IMG/VR virus record: IMGVR_UViG_2558860984_000001
Location: 1-64,000 of that record
DNA length: 64,000 nt
Source: a virus
Lineage: Duplodnaviria > Caudoviricetes
Direction: 5' to 3' (one strand)
The notes under the pieces were generated by a model. That model had not been told where the DNA came from, did no database searches, and saw nothing but the letters and a program-made list of their open reading frames with translations. This document shows, in pieces, positions 19,203 through 29,290 of this stretch (its first letter is position 1; each line of letters begins with the position of its first letter). The position numbers and the translations under genes were made by a program.

Positions 19203-20213
19203 ATGACCACCCGCGCCTTCACCACCACCGAACTCGCGCGCCTCAACGTCCCGCCTGACAGCCCCGACGATGTCGCGTACAGCGATGCACTGCTCGCCGA
19301 CGAGTTCGTCACCACGCTGAAGTACTCGCAGCAGCGCCGCTGCGTCTTCCGCACCGACGACGACCGCACGTACGCCGTCACCTACGAGACCGACGTCGAC
19401 AGCGGCGACTACGAGCACGGCCCCGGCCCGGAGAACCACGGCTGGTACGGCGAGACGGTTGAGGCCGTCGAGGTCGAGCAGCGGGCCGTCGCCGAGCAGC
19501 GGTGGGTGCCGGTAGATGAGCAGTCGGCCGACCGCGCGCACCCGGTTCCCGCCGGCCCGGCGCGCAAGTTGACCACCGTCCCGTTCCACGTCATCGCTGT
19601 CGACCTCGACGGCGGTCAGCTCGACTGCTGCGACGACGACCCCGTACACGCCTGGGTCAGCGTCACCGCCTGGAGCGGGCGCCGCGCCGTCCTCGTCCAG
19701 GGCACCCAGTTCGCGACCGCGGCCGGCTGCGCGCCCGAGGACCTGCCCGGGAGGTTTTTCCTCGCCGAACTCGACCTGCACAACCCGCCGCCGTTCGAGG
19801 CCGAGCCGGGCGAGCGGATCGACTTCCCGGGCCTGCGGCCGGCCCCGGACCCGCCCGCCGAGTGGATGGGAGCAGGGCTGCGGCAGACCGCGGGCGGGCC
19901 GGTGGGCGCGGCGGTGAGCGCGGCGGCCGCCGAGGAGCTGCGCGCCGCAGCGCAGAAGCTCCGGGAGTCCGCCGAGCGGTCGAGACGCGGGACCGGCCCT
20001 GCCATGCGATCCGCCATCCAGGACGGCACGCGCGACCTGTTCGGTCAGCCTGTCCGCGATCCAGCCGTGATGCACCCGGGCGTGGCGCTGGCGCTCGCCG
20101 CGTGGCTGGAGCCGGTCGCTCAGCGGGTGGAGCGGATTCCCGGGCACGCTGAGGACGAGCCCGAGGCGCGCGCCGCCCTCGCGGTGGCGCGGGCGATCGG
20201 AGGCGGCCAGTGA
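19203..20213 (+). CDS. Hypothetical multi-module phage protein
   Basis: GGAG RBS; GC3 bias. Confidence 0.55.
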   Translation: MTTRAFTTTELARLNVPPDSPDDVAYSDALLADEFVTTLKYSQQRRCVFRTDDDRTYAVTYETDVDSGDYEHGPGPENHGWYGETVEAVEVEQRAVAEQRWVPVDEQSADRAHPVPAGPARKLTTVPFHVIAVDLDGGQLDCCDDDPVHAWVSVTAWSGRRAVLVQGTQFATAAGCAPEDLPGRFFLAELDLHNPPPFEAEPGERIDFPGLRPAPDPPAEWMGAGLRQTAGGPVGAAVSAAAAEELRAAAQKLRESAERSRRGTGPAMRSAIQDGTRDLFGQPVRDPAVMHPGVALALAAWLEPVAQRVERIPGHAEDEPEARAALAVARAIGGGQ

Positions 20214-20548
20214 GTGCCGGGCGCCGCATGGTGTGCGGCAACGACCCCCGCGCCCAGCTCACCCCCGGCGACCGTCAGACCGTCGCCGACTTCCAGGTGT
20301 GGCTCAAGGCCAAGTCCGACGGCACCCGCGACGACATCCTCCGCGCCGCCGCCGAGCAACTGCGCCCCGTGCCCGGCGCCGTGGCCGTCCAGCTCCCGCC
20401 GGCCGCGGCCGACGCCCTCGCCGATCTCCTCGATATGTGCGCGGACGCCCGCGGCCGGTTCCCGTACGAGGTGTTCATCGTCGCCCTCCGCCTCCTCGAC
20501 GCCACCGAGAGTCGCCCCCGGGACAGCGGGCCGGGGGCAGAGCGGTGA
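20210..20548 (+). CDS. Hypothetical protein
   Basis: Coupled GTGA start. Confidence 0.55.
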   Translation: MSAGRRMVCGNDPRAQLTPGDRQTVADFQVWLKAKSDGTRDDILRAAAEQLRPVPGAVAVQLPPAAADALADLLDMCADARGRFPYEVFIVALRLLDATESRPRDSGPGAER

Positions 20549-21024
20549 CCGGCTTCCGCCGCGGCCCGGCGGCTGAAGGGCGGTGCCCGTTCTGCGAGAT
20601 CGTCGCCAGCCGCGCCCCCGCGACCATCGTCCGCGAGTGGCCCGACGCGCTCGCGATCCTCCCGCTTCGGCCCGTCGTCGAGGGCCACACCCTCGTCATC
20701 TCCCGCGCACACGTCACCGACTTCGTAGTCGACCCCGTCGTGACCGCCACCACCGCGAACCGCGCCGCAGAACTCGCCAGCGACTACCCGGCCGGTTCCA
20801 TGAACCTGATCACCTCGCGCGGTCGGGCCGCCACGCAGACCGTCTTCCACCTGCATCTGCACCTGGTTCCGCGCGCCGAGAGGGACGGCCTGCTGCTCCC
20901 GTGGACCCCCGGGACGGCCTCAGACGCCCCAGGAGCCCCAAACTCCCGTCCGGACGACGCCAGACACCCGGAAGAGGATCACAGGCCCACAGGCGGCCGT
21001 ACAGCGCGCGGGAGGACGCCTTGA
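20545..21024 (+). CDS. HIT-family nucleotide hydrolase
   Basis: CPFC, GHTLVI, QTVFHLHLHLVPR. Confidence 0.9.
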   Translation: MTGFRRGPAAEGRCPFCEIVASRAPATIVREWPDALAILPLRPVVEGHTLVISRAHVTDFVVDPVVTATTANRAAELASDYPAGSMNLITSRGRAATQTVFHLHLHLVPRAERDGLLLPWTPGTASDAPGAPNSRPDDARHPEEDHRPTGGRTARGRTP

Positions 21025-21278
21025 GCGCCCCGTCCTGGTGGTGGTTCGCCTCCCCAATCGTCATCGCGTACGCCAGCATCGGCGCGCACCGCGTTGTCAT
21101 CGCGGTCCGGCGGCGCCGCCGAGCCCGGCCGTACCCGCCTGCCGCAGTGCCGCCGCCGCGCACCGTCGTCCCGCAGCAGCGCAGGCCAGGTGAGCCGTGA
21201 CCACCGCTGTGCTGCTTGCCGCGCTCCTGATCAGCCTCGCCATCCCCAGACACCAACCGCTCGACGAAGGACCCGACC

Positions 21279-23042
21279 TTGACCAGCACCACCGCCCTCG
21301 ACACCGACCCGCCCGAGCGCCCCGAATCTCCCGGCGCCGGCCGCGTCGCGACTCGTATCGAGCAGCAGCTCGCCGCCGCCCAAGCACCCGTCGCCGAGGC
21401 ACTCGTCCGCATGACGGCCGAGCTGCGGCGCGTCGCTGACGCCCTCCAACCCACCCCCGCCTGCGGAGCCGGCAGCGACGCTCCCAACGCCCTCGGAAAC
21501 GAACGCTGCACCCTCGACGCCGGCCACCCCGGGCGCCACGGCGACGGCCTGACCTCATGGCCGAACCGAGCCGACGAGGGCACCTGGACCGCGGGGGCCG
21601 AGGTCGCGTGCTGCTGCATCTGCGGCATCGCCACCACCGGCACCCACCGCGGCGCGCCGTTCTGCTCGGACTGCGCCGACTGCGGATGCAACCAAAACCC
21701 CTGCGTGCGCCTCGGCAGCAACGACCCCGCGGTGTCGGCCACCCCCGCCGACTGTGGCCCGGAGAGCGCCGAGCAGCACACCTACGCGAGCGACTGTGAA
21801 GCGGCGCCCGAGCCTGACGCCTGCCCCACGCCAGAGACGCACAACTGGGGCTGCGCGTGCACGACCATCCACGCCTGCCCGCCCGACGGCTCCGGGCTGA
21901 CGCCGTGCTGCGGCTGGCCGCCGTCCGAACTCCTCGCCGACCGGATGATCGACGAGCCAGCCCGCGTCACCTGTCGCCCCGCCCCGCCCGTCGGCGCGCT
22001 GCGCGACCAGCTCGCCGAGGCGCTGATGCGCTCGTATGCGAAGCAGATGAAGCTGCGGGAGAAGGCCCGGAGCCGCGGCGAACTCGCCGCCCGTCGACAG
22101 GCGAAGATCCTCTACTTCGAGTCCGAGCTGCGCCGCGCCCGCGACCTCCACGCCGACACCGAGTGCCGCCTTCGGGACGAACTCACCGCGGCCGTAGAAC
22201 GCGCCGAAACTGCCGAGACGCAGCTGCAGCAGAGCCGCGGCGGGACAACGCGCCTGGAGCCGGCGACGGAAAACGAACTGCGCGCGGAACTCACGGCCGC
22301 GCTCCTCGAAGAGCACCAGCACCGGGCCGACCAGCAGATCGTCGCCGCGCCGGAAGATCACTGCGCCGCGCTCGCCCACGCCGTCATGCCCATTGTGAGG
22401 TTCGCCCTCGACGCCTGGCACCAGGAGCACAAGCGCGCCAACCAAGCTGAACACGAAGCCACCGACGCGCACGCCGGCCGACAGCGAGCCGGGCAGGAGA
22501 CCGACTCGGTATACCGCGAACGCGCCCACCTCATCGCGCTCCTCGCCGCCCTCTACCCGGCCGTGATGACCCACGTCCCTGACGCCGACGAGGACGGCTG
22601 GGGCCTGGTCTTCCTCGACCTGCCCACCGGGCAGGCGTCCTGGCACATCGCGCCCCGTGACGCCGACCTGGTGCAGCACGTCGAGCTGGTCGGTCAGGAC
22701 GACCCGCGCGCTCAGTGGGACGGGCACGCCACGGAGGAGAAGTACGACCGCATCCGCGCCTACGCGCGCATGCGTGCCGCCGAGGGAGAGTGGCCGTTCG
22801 CCGACCGCCAGGCCGAGCAGCAGCGCCAGCTCACCGCCGCGGTCCCCGGCGCGGTGCCGGTCCTCCGCCGCGCCCTGGAGCAGCTCCCCGAGACCTGCCG
22901 CTACCACGGCGACCAGCTCGACCCCGACCACACCCGCGCGCTCTACCGCAGCGAGGCGTGCTGCGACACCGGCATCCCTGCCCTGCGCCGCCGCCGCGCC
23001 TTCGAGGCCCTGGCGTCGCTCACCACCACGAAAGAGTCCTGA
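21279..23042 (+). CDS. Large Cys-rich mosaic protein with a WDGH-type module
   Basis: Several Cys clusters, coiled coil, LPTGQASWH..WDGHATEEKY. Confidence 0.6.
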   Translation: MTSTTALDTDPPERPESPGAGRVATRIEQQLAAAQAPVAEALVRMTAELRRVADALQPTPACGAGSDAPNALGNERCTLDAGHPGRHGDGLTSWPNRADEGTWTAGAEVACCCICGIATTGTHRGAPFCSDCADCGCNQNPCVRLGSNDPAVSATPADCGPESAEQHTYASDCEAAPEPDACPTPETHNWGCACTTIHACPPDGSGLTPCCGWPPSELLADRMIDEPARVTCRPAPPVGALRDQLAEALMRSYAKQMKLREKARSRGELAARRQAKILYFESELRRARDLHADTECRLRDELTAAVERAETAETQLQQSRGGTTRLEPATENELRAELTAALLEEHQHRADQQIVAAPEDHCAALAHAVMPIVRFALDAWHQEHKRANQAEHEATDAHAGRQRAGQETDSVYRERAHLIALLAALYPAVMTHVPDADEDGWGLVFLDLPTGQASWHIAPRDADLVQHVELVGQDDPRAQWDGHATEEKYDRIRAYARMRAAEGEWPFADRQAEQQRQLTAAVPGAVPVLRRALEQLPETCRYHGDQLDPDHTRALYRSEACCDTGIPALRRRRAFEALASLTTTKES

Positions 23043-23045
23043 CTC

Positions 23046-23348
23046 ATGCCCAAGTTTCGCAAGAAGCCCGTCGAGATCCATGCCGTGCAGTACGGCCTCG
23101 CCGAGTACGCCGACAACCCGTGGGAGATCCGCGACGGCGAGTTCCCGCAGTGGCTGCAAGATGCGGCGCGCAGCGGCGCCATCGTGCCGGAGTTCCGCAG
23201 TGAGGACTACTGGTACCTGAAGATCAAGACGCTCGAAGGCGACATGTGCGTCGCCCCGGACGACTGGATCATCCGGGGTGTCCAGGGCGAGCTGTACCCC
23301 TGCAAGCCCGACATCTTCGCCGCCACGTACGAGCCGGCGGAGGACTGA
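23046..23348 (+). CDS. Conserved phage protein (KKPV..TLEG..YPCKPDIF family)
   Basis: Motifs as named. Confidence 0.8.
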   Translation: MPKFRKKPVEIHAVQYGLAEYADNPWEIRDGEFPQWLQDAARSGAIVPEFRSEDYWYLKIKTLEGDMCVAPDDWIIRGVQGELYPCKPDIFAATYEPAED

Positions 23349-23350
23349 CC

Positions 23351-23416
23351 ATGCGGATCTTCATGGACACGGAGTTCCACGAGGACGGTCACACCGTCGA
23401 CCTCAAAGGGCGCTGA
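23351..23416 (+). pseudogene. 5' remnant of an Rv2179c/DUF5051-like 3'-5' exoribonuclease
   Basis: MRIFMDTEFHEDGHTVDL followed by an early stop. Confidence 0.6.
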
Positions 23417-23419
23417 CGC

Positions 23420-23884
23420 ATGACCGCAGCAGCAGCTCGTTTCGCCGCCGTCTACGCGGCCCTCACCGCCTCCCACGAACTCGCCGACCACTGGGTACAA
23501 CGGGACACCGACGCCGTCGCCAAGGGCAAGCCTGGCGCCGAGGGCGCCCGCGCCTGCGCAATCCACGTCGCGACGTACACCGCCACCCAGGCCGCCGCGC
23601 TCACCGTAGTGAACCGTGTGTGCGGCCTTCGCCTGGCGCCCGTACGGGCTGCTGCCGCGCTCGCCGTGTCGGCGGTCACGCACTACGTGGCGGACCGGCA
23701 GGGAGGGCACTGGCGAGACGAGAACCCCCGCGGCGTTGTCCGCCTCGCCGCATCGACGGGCCACGCCGGATGGCTGAAGCGCGACCCCAACGCCGGCTAT
23801 CTGATGGACCAGTCCTGGCACAAGGCGTGGATCGCTGTCGCCGCGCTCATCGCCGCGAACACCCCGAAGGAGACACGACCGTGA
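23420..23884 (+). CDS. DUF3307-like membrane protein
   Basis: HELADHWVQ, HVATY, THYVAD, DQSWH. Confidence 0.7.
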   Translation: MTAAAARFAAVYAALTASHELADHWVQRDTDAVAKGKPGAEGARACAIHVATYTATQAAALTVVNRVCGLRLAPVRAAAALAVSAVTHYVADRQGGHWRDENPRGVVRLAASTGHAGWLKRDPNAGYLMDQSWHKAWIAVAALIAANTPKETRP

Positions 23885-24117
23885 ACGAGAAGACGCCGAC
23901 CCCCGCGGTCGGCCAGGTGTGGGCCGACAACGATCCCCGCAGCGCCAGCCGTCGCGTGCAGATCGTCGAGATCGACAGCACACACGCTGTCGTCGAGCTG
24001 TACGCCCCGAGGCAGCACGAGCGCGAGGCCGGCCGCCGAACCCGCATCCGGTTGGACCGCTTCCGGCCGACGAGCACCGGCTACCGGTACGTCGGGACCG
24101 CTGGAGGTGCCCGGTGA
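23881..24117 (+). CDS. Small phage protein
   Basis: VGQVWADNDPR..RF.PTSTGY. Confidence 0.65.
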   Translation: MNEKTPTPAVGQVWADNDPRSASRRVQIVEIDSTHAVVELYAPRQHEREAGRRTRIRLDRFRPTSTGYRYVGTAGGAR

Positions 24118-24542
24118 GCGACGAGACCGCCTACGTCGTCATGCTCGGCGGCCGGCCCCTCGCCGCGGCCACTACCCTCGACGCCGCGAAGGACGACGCC
24201 GAGGAAGCGGAGGTCGAGTACCGCACCGGCGAGACGCGCTGGGACGAGCACCGTCCCGGCGAGTGGCGGCTGATGCGTCGCGCCGAGGGCCGTGGCCGGT
24301 TCTCGTGGTCGCAGTACTGGGTGGCCGAGGTGCCGAACCTCGCCGCGGTGGCCGCGCCGGCCGACGTCGGCCAGGCGGACGCCCGTGCTGCCGCGCTCGC
24401 CGAGGCGTCCGCGGCGGCCCGCGGTGAGTACCTGACGGACTCGACCGGCACACCCGAGGACAAGGCGTACCAGCAGGCGGTCGGAGACGTCATCTGCGCC
24501 ATCGACAAGCTGCGCGACGCGCCAGGGGGTCGCCGTGGTTAA
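24114..24542 (+). CDS. Hypothetical protein
   Basis: GGAGG RBS; coupled start. Confidence 0.6.
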   Translation: MSDETAYVVMLGGRPLAAATTLDAAKDDAEEAEVEYRTGETRWDEHRPGEWRLMRRAEGRGRFSWSQYWVAEVPNLAAVAAPADVGQADARAAALAEASAAARGEYLTDSTGTPEDKAYQQAVGDVICAIDKLRDAPGGRRG

Positions 24543-24841
24543 TGGGCACGAGCCGTACGAGGTGCGTGCCACCCCGGGCTGGCCGCCGGTCGCTATCCCT
24601 GGCCGGCCGGGCTGGTGGCGCCACTGCGGCCCGAACGGTGAGCAGATGGACGCGCCCACGAAGGACCGCGACGCCGCTCTCCGGACAGCACCCACGAAGG
24701 AGCACTGATCCATTCGCAAGGCGGGCGGACTACTGCCGCACATTGCCTACGTCTCGCCGCCGGGATTTTGCGCGCCGTACGCCGCTTGTAATCCGACAAC
24801 ACTGCAATGTCCTTGCAGTATGGGAGAATTGAGGCACTCAA

Positions 24842-24900
24842 GACCCCGGCGGGTGCGCGAACACCCCCGGGGCATGGCCGACTGGTTAGGAGTCGACATG
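24842..24900 (+). promoter_or_regulatory. Structured leader: CGCGAA-loop hairpin plus RBS-sequestering hairpin (copy 1)
   Basis: CCCCGG..GGTG-CGCGAA-CACC..CCGGGG; CATGGCCGACT pairs with AGTCGACATG; near-identical copy at 45329. Confidence 0.6.
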
Positions 24901-25728
24901 GAGCAGCTTAGTTTGGGCTACCCGGATACGCGCGTGGCCCCTTCTATTTTGCCAGAACCCCTCCGTATAGACCTCCCTGAGGCACTACCCGGGCGGCACC
25001 AGCCCGTCGTGTACTTCGTACGGAATGGGACGCGGATCAAGATCGGGTTCACTGTCAACCTCGTATCACGGCTTGCCGGGCTCGGTCTCCGCCGCGAGAA
25101 CGTCGCTCTGCTCCTGGAAGGCGGGAGGCACGTCGAGGGGAAACTGCACCAGCGATTCGCCGAGACCCGCGTCAGCAACACCGAGTGGTTCCAAACCAGC
25201 TCAGACCTGCTTGACTACATCGCACGGCGCTCAACGGAGCCCGCCGCTGGCGTACTCACAGGTGCCCTGGCCCCCACACGGTCAGCGGCGCCAGCCAGGA
25301 CGACCGTTCTCACCCCCGAGCAACGCCCCTCGGCGACGGTCGGCGTCATCGCCCCCGAGATCGCCGAGAAGTATGACCGGAGCCTCCACGCCGTCACCAA
25401 GGACTGGACCCGCCGCCCCGGCTGGCCACCTACGATCGGCAAGAGGGGCCGGTACAAGGAGTACGACGCCCAGGCCGTCGACACCTTCGTCCGCGACCAC
25501 GTCCTGCGCCGCGCCGTCGAACTGGACGTCGGCCGCCTCTACACCGCCGCCGAGCTGGAGGCGGCCGGCGCCGGTATCACCGCCGGGACGATCCGTGCGG
25601 ATCGATCCCGTGGGCGCTGGCCCGAGCCGGACGACCGCACGCACGGCGTCGACCGCTGGCGCGGTGATACCGCCGCCCGCGCGCTCGCCTCCCGCCGCGG
25701 CTACCACCGCGCCGAACGCGGTGACTAA
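24898..25728 (+). CDS. GIY-YIG (T5orf172-like) domain plus C-terminal HTH-like repeats
   Basis: VYFVR..IKIGFT..E..LHQRF..EWF. Confidence 0.8.
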   Translation: MEQLSLGYPDTRVAPSILPEPLRIDLPEALPGRHQPVVYFVRNGTRIKIGFTVNLVSRLAGLGLRRENVALLLEGGRHVEGKLHQRFAETRVSNTEWFQTSSDLLDYIARRSTEPAAGVLTGALAPTRSAAPARTTVLTPEQRPSATVGVIAPEIAEKYDRSLHAVTKDWTRRPGWPPTIGKRGRYKEYDAQAVDTFVRDHVLRRAVELDVGRLYTAAELEAAGAGITAGTIRADRSRGRWPEPDDRTHGVDRWRGDTAARALASRRGYHRAERGD

Positions 25729-25833
25729 CACACAGTGGACCGAACGAGCGTTCCCATCGCATGATCGTTACACGGTGCGCCGACTCGCTCACGACCGCCG
25801 TGCATGCGACCTGCACCGGGAAAGGGCCCCACG

Positions 25834-26580
25834 ATGCCCATGCCCACGTGGACGCTGCAACGCGGCGACGCGCTGACCGCCCTGCACACCCTCCCCACCG
25901 GATCGGTTGACGCCGTCATCACTGACCCGCCGTACAACTCCGGCGGCACCAGCCCCGCCTCCCGGACCGCCAGGACCGCACGCAAGAAGTACGTCAGCAC
26001 CGACGCACGACACGACCTGCCGGATTTCGATGGCGACACCCGCGACCAGCGCGGCTACCTCGCCTGGATGACCCTCGTCCTCGGCCAGTGCCTGCGCATT
26101 GCCCGGACCGGCGCCCCGCTGCTCGTCTTCACCGACTTCCGCCAGCTCCCGGTCACGTCCGACGCGCTGCAGGCCGCAGGCTGGACCTGGCGCGGCATCG
26201 TGCCGTGGCACAAGCCCATCAGCCGGCCGTACCGCGGAGGCTTCCGGCGCGAGTGCGAATACGTGCTGTGGGCCACCAACGGGCCCGTCGACGCTGCCCG
26301 TAACCCGGTCTTCCTTCCCGGTCTGTACAGCGCCTCTCAGCCGCGAGGAAGCCGCCGGCACCACATCACCCAGAAGCCCGACGAGCTGATGACCGAGCTG
26401 GTGCGCATCTGCTGCCCTGAGGGCACCGTGATGGACCCGTTCGCCGGCTCCGGCTCCACCGGAGTCGCTGCCCTGCGCTCCGGGCGTTCGTTCGTCGGCG
26501 TCGAGCTGTCCGAGGTCATCGCGGACAGGGCCCGTGCCCGCCTCGATGACGTGGCGCCTGCGGCTTCAGTCGGCGGGTAG
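25834..26580 (+). CDS. DNA methyltransferase, N4-C/N6-A beta class
   Basis: TDPPY, HITQKP, DPFAGSGST. Confidence 0.92.
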   Translation: MPMPTWTLQRGDALTALHTLPTGSVDAVITDPPYNSGGTSPASRTARTARKKYVSTDARHDLPDFDGDTRDQRGYLAWMTLVLGQCLRIARTGAPLLVFTDFRQLPVTSDALQAAGWTWRGIVPWHKPISRPYRGGFRRECEYVLWATNGPVDAARNPVFLPGLYSASQPRGSRRHHITQKPDELMTELVRICCPEGTVMDPFAGSGSTGVAALRSGRSFVGVELSEVIADRARARLDDVAPAASVGG

Positions 26581-26647
26581 CCGGCGCGCGATCGGGCTGG
26601 CGATGTCCCGCGCCGCCCAGCCCGCAAGCCCGTGGGCGGTGAGGACT

Positions 26648-27121
26648 CTAGGTGTTTCGTGGGCTGGTCGGGTAGACGTCGTGGTCCGGATCCCACCACA
26701 CGACGTGGAAGATGTTCCGCTCAAGGAAGCCATAGAGACGCTGTGTGCCTGTGAACTGGAGACGGTGGATCTTCGTCAAGTCGTCCCGTCGAACCGCCGT
26801 CAGGCGCGCCAGCGCCTCCTTGCACAGACCACTGGGCAGGTCGTACTCCTTGAAGAGCCTCCGGGACGTGCGCAACTCGTTCACCGTCATCGACTCGCAG
26901 TCGGACAGCTTGCGCAGCACCTCGCATAAGACTTCGGACTCCATCCGGTCGAAGCCCCAGCGGCTCTCGTGGTCGACGTGGGCGAAGCGCCAGCAAATCC
27001 GCTGGTCAGAGGTATCCGACCCGGGAAGCAGGACGGACGGGTCGCCCGTCTGCTTGCCCTCGGGCATCGGCGCGTGGGGGACTGTGAGCTTGTCCTTCCT
27101 CGACTTCTTCCCTTTGCCCAC
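26648..27121 (-). CDS. Putative toxin partner of Panacea (RelE-like RNase suspected)
   Basis: Abuts the Panacea gene; RLQFTGTQRLYG..FHVVWWDPDH. Confidence 0.6.
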   Translation of the reverse strand: MGKGKKSRKDKLTVPHAPMPEGKQTGDPSVLLPGSDTSDQRICWRFAHVDHESRWGFDRMESEVLCEVLRKLSDCESMTVNELRTSRRLFKEYDLPSGLCKEALARLTAVRRDDLTKIHRLQFTGTQRLYGFLERNIFHVVWWDPDHDVYPTSPRNT

Positions 27122-27574
27122 TTACCCCTCGCGTTCAACCAGGGCGCCGAAGAAGTCCGCGATCTCCTCATCGCGCAGTTCCTCGTTGCTGCGCTGAAGG
27201 TCAGCGACGTTGGCCCGCTGGCGGGCATCCAGCCAGGGGCCTGGCTGGTGCGTCATCGCCGACAGTTCGTGCGCCGTGTAGGCATCGAAGGACTTGAGGA
27301 TCATGTCGACGGACTCCCGCTCGCCGTCGTCGAGGGCCGCAGGGTCGCCCTCGATGGAGTCCTTGTCGAGGCGGAAGCGCCCCCGGTGCTGGTCGTACAA
27401 CTCGTAGACCACTGGCCCGTTGGCCCAAGCCTCGAAGCGCTCGGGGAACAGTTGGCGGTCCTCCCAGGCGAGGTGGTAGCCGTAGGCGAAGTAGCAGAGC
27501 TTCTGCAGCTTCATGGCCGACATCGGGGCAGCTTTGGCCAGTATGTAGGCGGCAACATCCTGCACGCTTGGCAT
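27122..27574 (-). CDS. Panacea/DUF4065 (SocA-like) antitoxin
   Basis: DVAAYIL, MKLQKLCYFA, FEAWANGPV, LSAMTH..PW. Confidence 0.9.
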   Translation of the reverse strand: MPSVQDVAAYILAKAAPMSAMKLQKLCYFAYGYHLAWEDRQLFPERFEAWANGPVVYELYDQHRGRFRLDKDSIEGDPAALDDGERESVDMILKSFDAYTAHELSAMTHQPGPWLDARQRANVADLQRSNEELRDEEIADFFGALVEREG

Positions 27575-27871
27575 GTTGATCCCCTTCTGTGTCTCTCCTC
27601 TGCACCGTAACGAGCGGCCGGCGCGATGGTCTCGGATAGCCGAGGGACATGAAGAGACTTCCCCCTGTCAGACCCAGCCTATCGGGGGGGTGCTGCGGCG
27701 GTAAGGGGGCAGGTTCGCCCCGAAAACAACTGATCTACGCCATCGCTCGGCGGGGTACACAGCGAGGGCTTCGCTCGCGCGTTCGAGGCTCTGGCGAGTC
27801 CGACGGCGTTGGCCGTGCAGCGGTGCAGGCATGCATGGGGCAGGGGCCTCGGGCGGTGCCCGTCCGGCAGC

Positions 27872-29212
27872 CTACGCGGTCAGGCTCGTGGCGACGCGTT
27901 CGCGGAAATCGTTCACGGCGGCAGGCGCCTCGGGGCGGGTCATGCTGGTGGCCAGGGCGCGTAGTGGTCCGGCGGCGCGGTGGGAACTGATCTCCTCGGC
28001 CAGGTCGAGCGCCTGGTGTCCGGTGGCGCAGGCGCGTTCGATTTCGTTCTGACGCCATTGGGCGTCGGCTCGGCGGGCGAGGAACAGACAGTGGGTGCGT
28101 ACCCGGTTGGCGGGGAAGAGACCGGCGGTTTCGATGAACGTTTCCTCGGCCCGGCCGGGCTGGTTGAGGTCCAGGTGGGTAGAGGCACGGGCGCCGAGGA
28201 GTTCGGAGCGGTCGAACCAGTAGACCCACTCGGGGTCGCCGCCGGGGGCCTGGTCGGCGGTGTCGAGGAGTTCGGCGGCCCGGTCGAGGTCGGCGAATGC
28301 GGCGGAGTCGTTTTGGTGGGCGCGCGCCCGGGCGCGGCGGGAGAGCAGCATGGCTTCGACGCGCGGGGTGGTCCGTCCACGGGCGGCGGCCAGCGCCGCA
28401 GCGGCCATGGCTTCGGCGTCGGCTGGCCGGTCGGTGTTGTTGGCGGCGATGGACCAGAACGCCAGGATGTGGCTGCCGAGGACGGGGTCGCCGGAGGCGT
28501 GGGCGGAGCGCAGCGCGGCGTGGAACATGCCGTCGGCGCACTCGTTGTTGATGTCGAAGTCCGCCCAGGCGTGGATGCGGGCCAGGTCTGCTGCGGCAGC
28601 GTGGAGCCGGGAGCCGTGGGCGTCGCTGTAGGAGCGGTCTTTCAGCAGCTGGACAACGAGTTCGAGAGCGGCGGCGGTCTCGGTGAGGAGCTGGCCGCCG
28701 CCGTCGAGGTCATCAGCGCGTCGGAGCTGGCGGACGCGTTCTTCGACGTGGTCGACCGCGGCTTCGCCGATGCGGCGGGCGTGGGTGATTTGGCCGGCGG
28801 CGGCCGGGTCGGCGGTCAGCCACGCCCACAGCGATGCGGTGAGGGTGGTGCCGGTGAGGAGCGTGAAGTGGCGGCGGTCCATGGTGATGATCTCCCTCCC
28901 GGACACTTCGGCAAGCGCCTGGATGGCGCCGGATGCGTCCCAGGTGTGGCGGGTGGGTTGCTGAAGCGGGTCCAGGCCCAGCCAGCGGGGCCAGGGGTGC
29001 CGGTCCACTGCTTCTCCTGGTATGTCCAGCAACTCGGCGATGAGGCGCCGGGTGACCAGGTCGGGGCAGCGGCCGGCCTCCCAGCGGTAGACGCCGTCCT
29101 TGCCGGTGCCCACCGGCAGGCCACGGCGGGCGCCCAGTTCCCGTAAGCGCCGGGCGAATTCGGGTGGCGTCCAGCCGCGTACCTGGCGCGCCCGGGTCAG
29201 CGGATGTGCCAT
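27872..29212 (-). CDS. XRE-HTH plus TPR-like helical-repeat regulator
   Basis: GGAGG RBS; RGWT..VYRWEAGRCP HTH; MDRRHF segment; Ala-rich helical repeats; TTA at codon 23. Confidence 0.85.
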   Translation of the reverse strand: MAHPLTRARQVRGWTPPEFARRLRELGARRGLPVGTGKDGVYRWEAGRCPDLVTRRLIAELLDIPGEAVDRHPWPRWLGLDPLQQPTRHTWDASGAIQALAEVSGREIITMDRRHFTLLTGTTLTASLWAWLTADPAAAGQITHARRIGEAAVDHVEERVRQLRRADDLDGGGQLLTETAAALELVVQLLKDRSYSDAHGSRLHAAAADLARIHAWADFDINNECADGMFHAALRSAHASGDPVLGSHILAFWSIAANNTDRPADAEAMAAAALAAARGRTTPRVEAMLLSRRARARAHQNDSAAFADLDRAAELLDTADQAPGGDPEWVYWFDRSELLGARASTHLDLNQPGRAEETFIETAGLFPANRVRTHCLFLARRADAQWRQNEIERACATGHQALDLAEEISSHRAAGPLRALATSMTRPEAPAAVNDFRERVATSLTA

Positions 29213-29290
29213 CAGCCCTCCCTGCGGCGTCGGCGCCGGGGCGAACACGTCGACGGTAGCGGCCTGGCCTGACCGGGCGGAACAGTGCCG

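Noticed and set aside
28860-28882. MDRRHF as a Tat secretion signal
   Set aside because: It is internal to an HTH regulator and has only a short hydrophobic stretch; treated as a possible internal start only.
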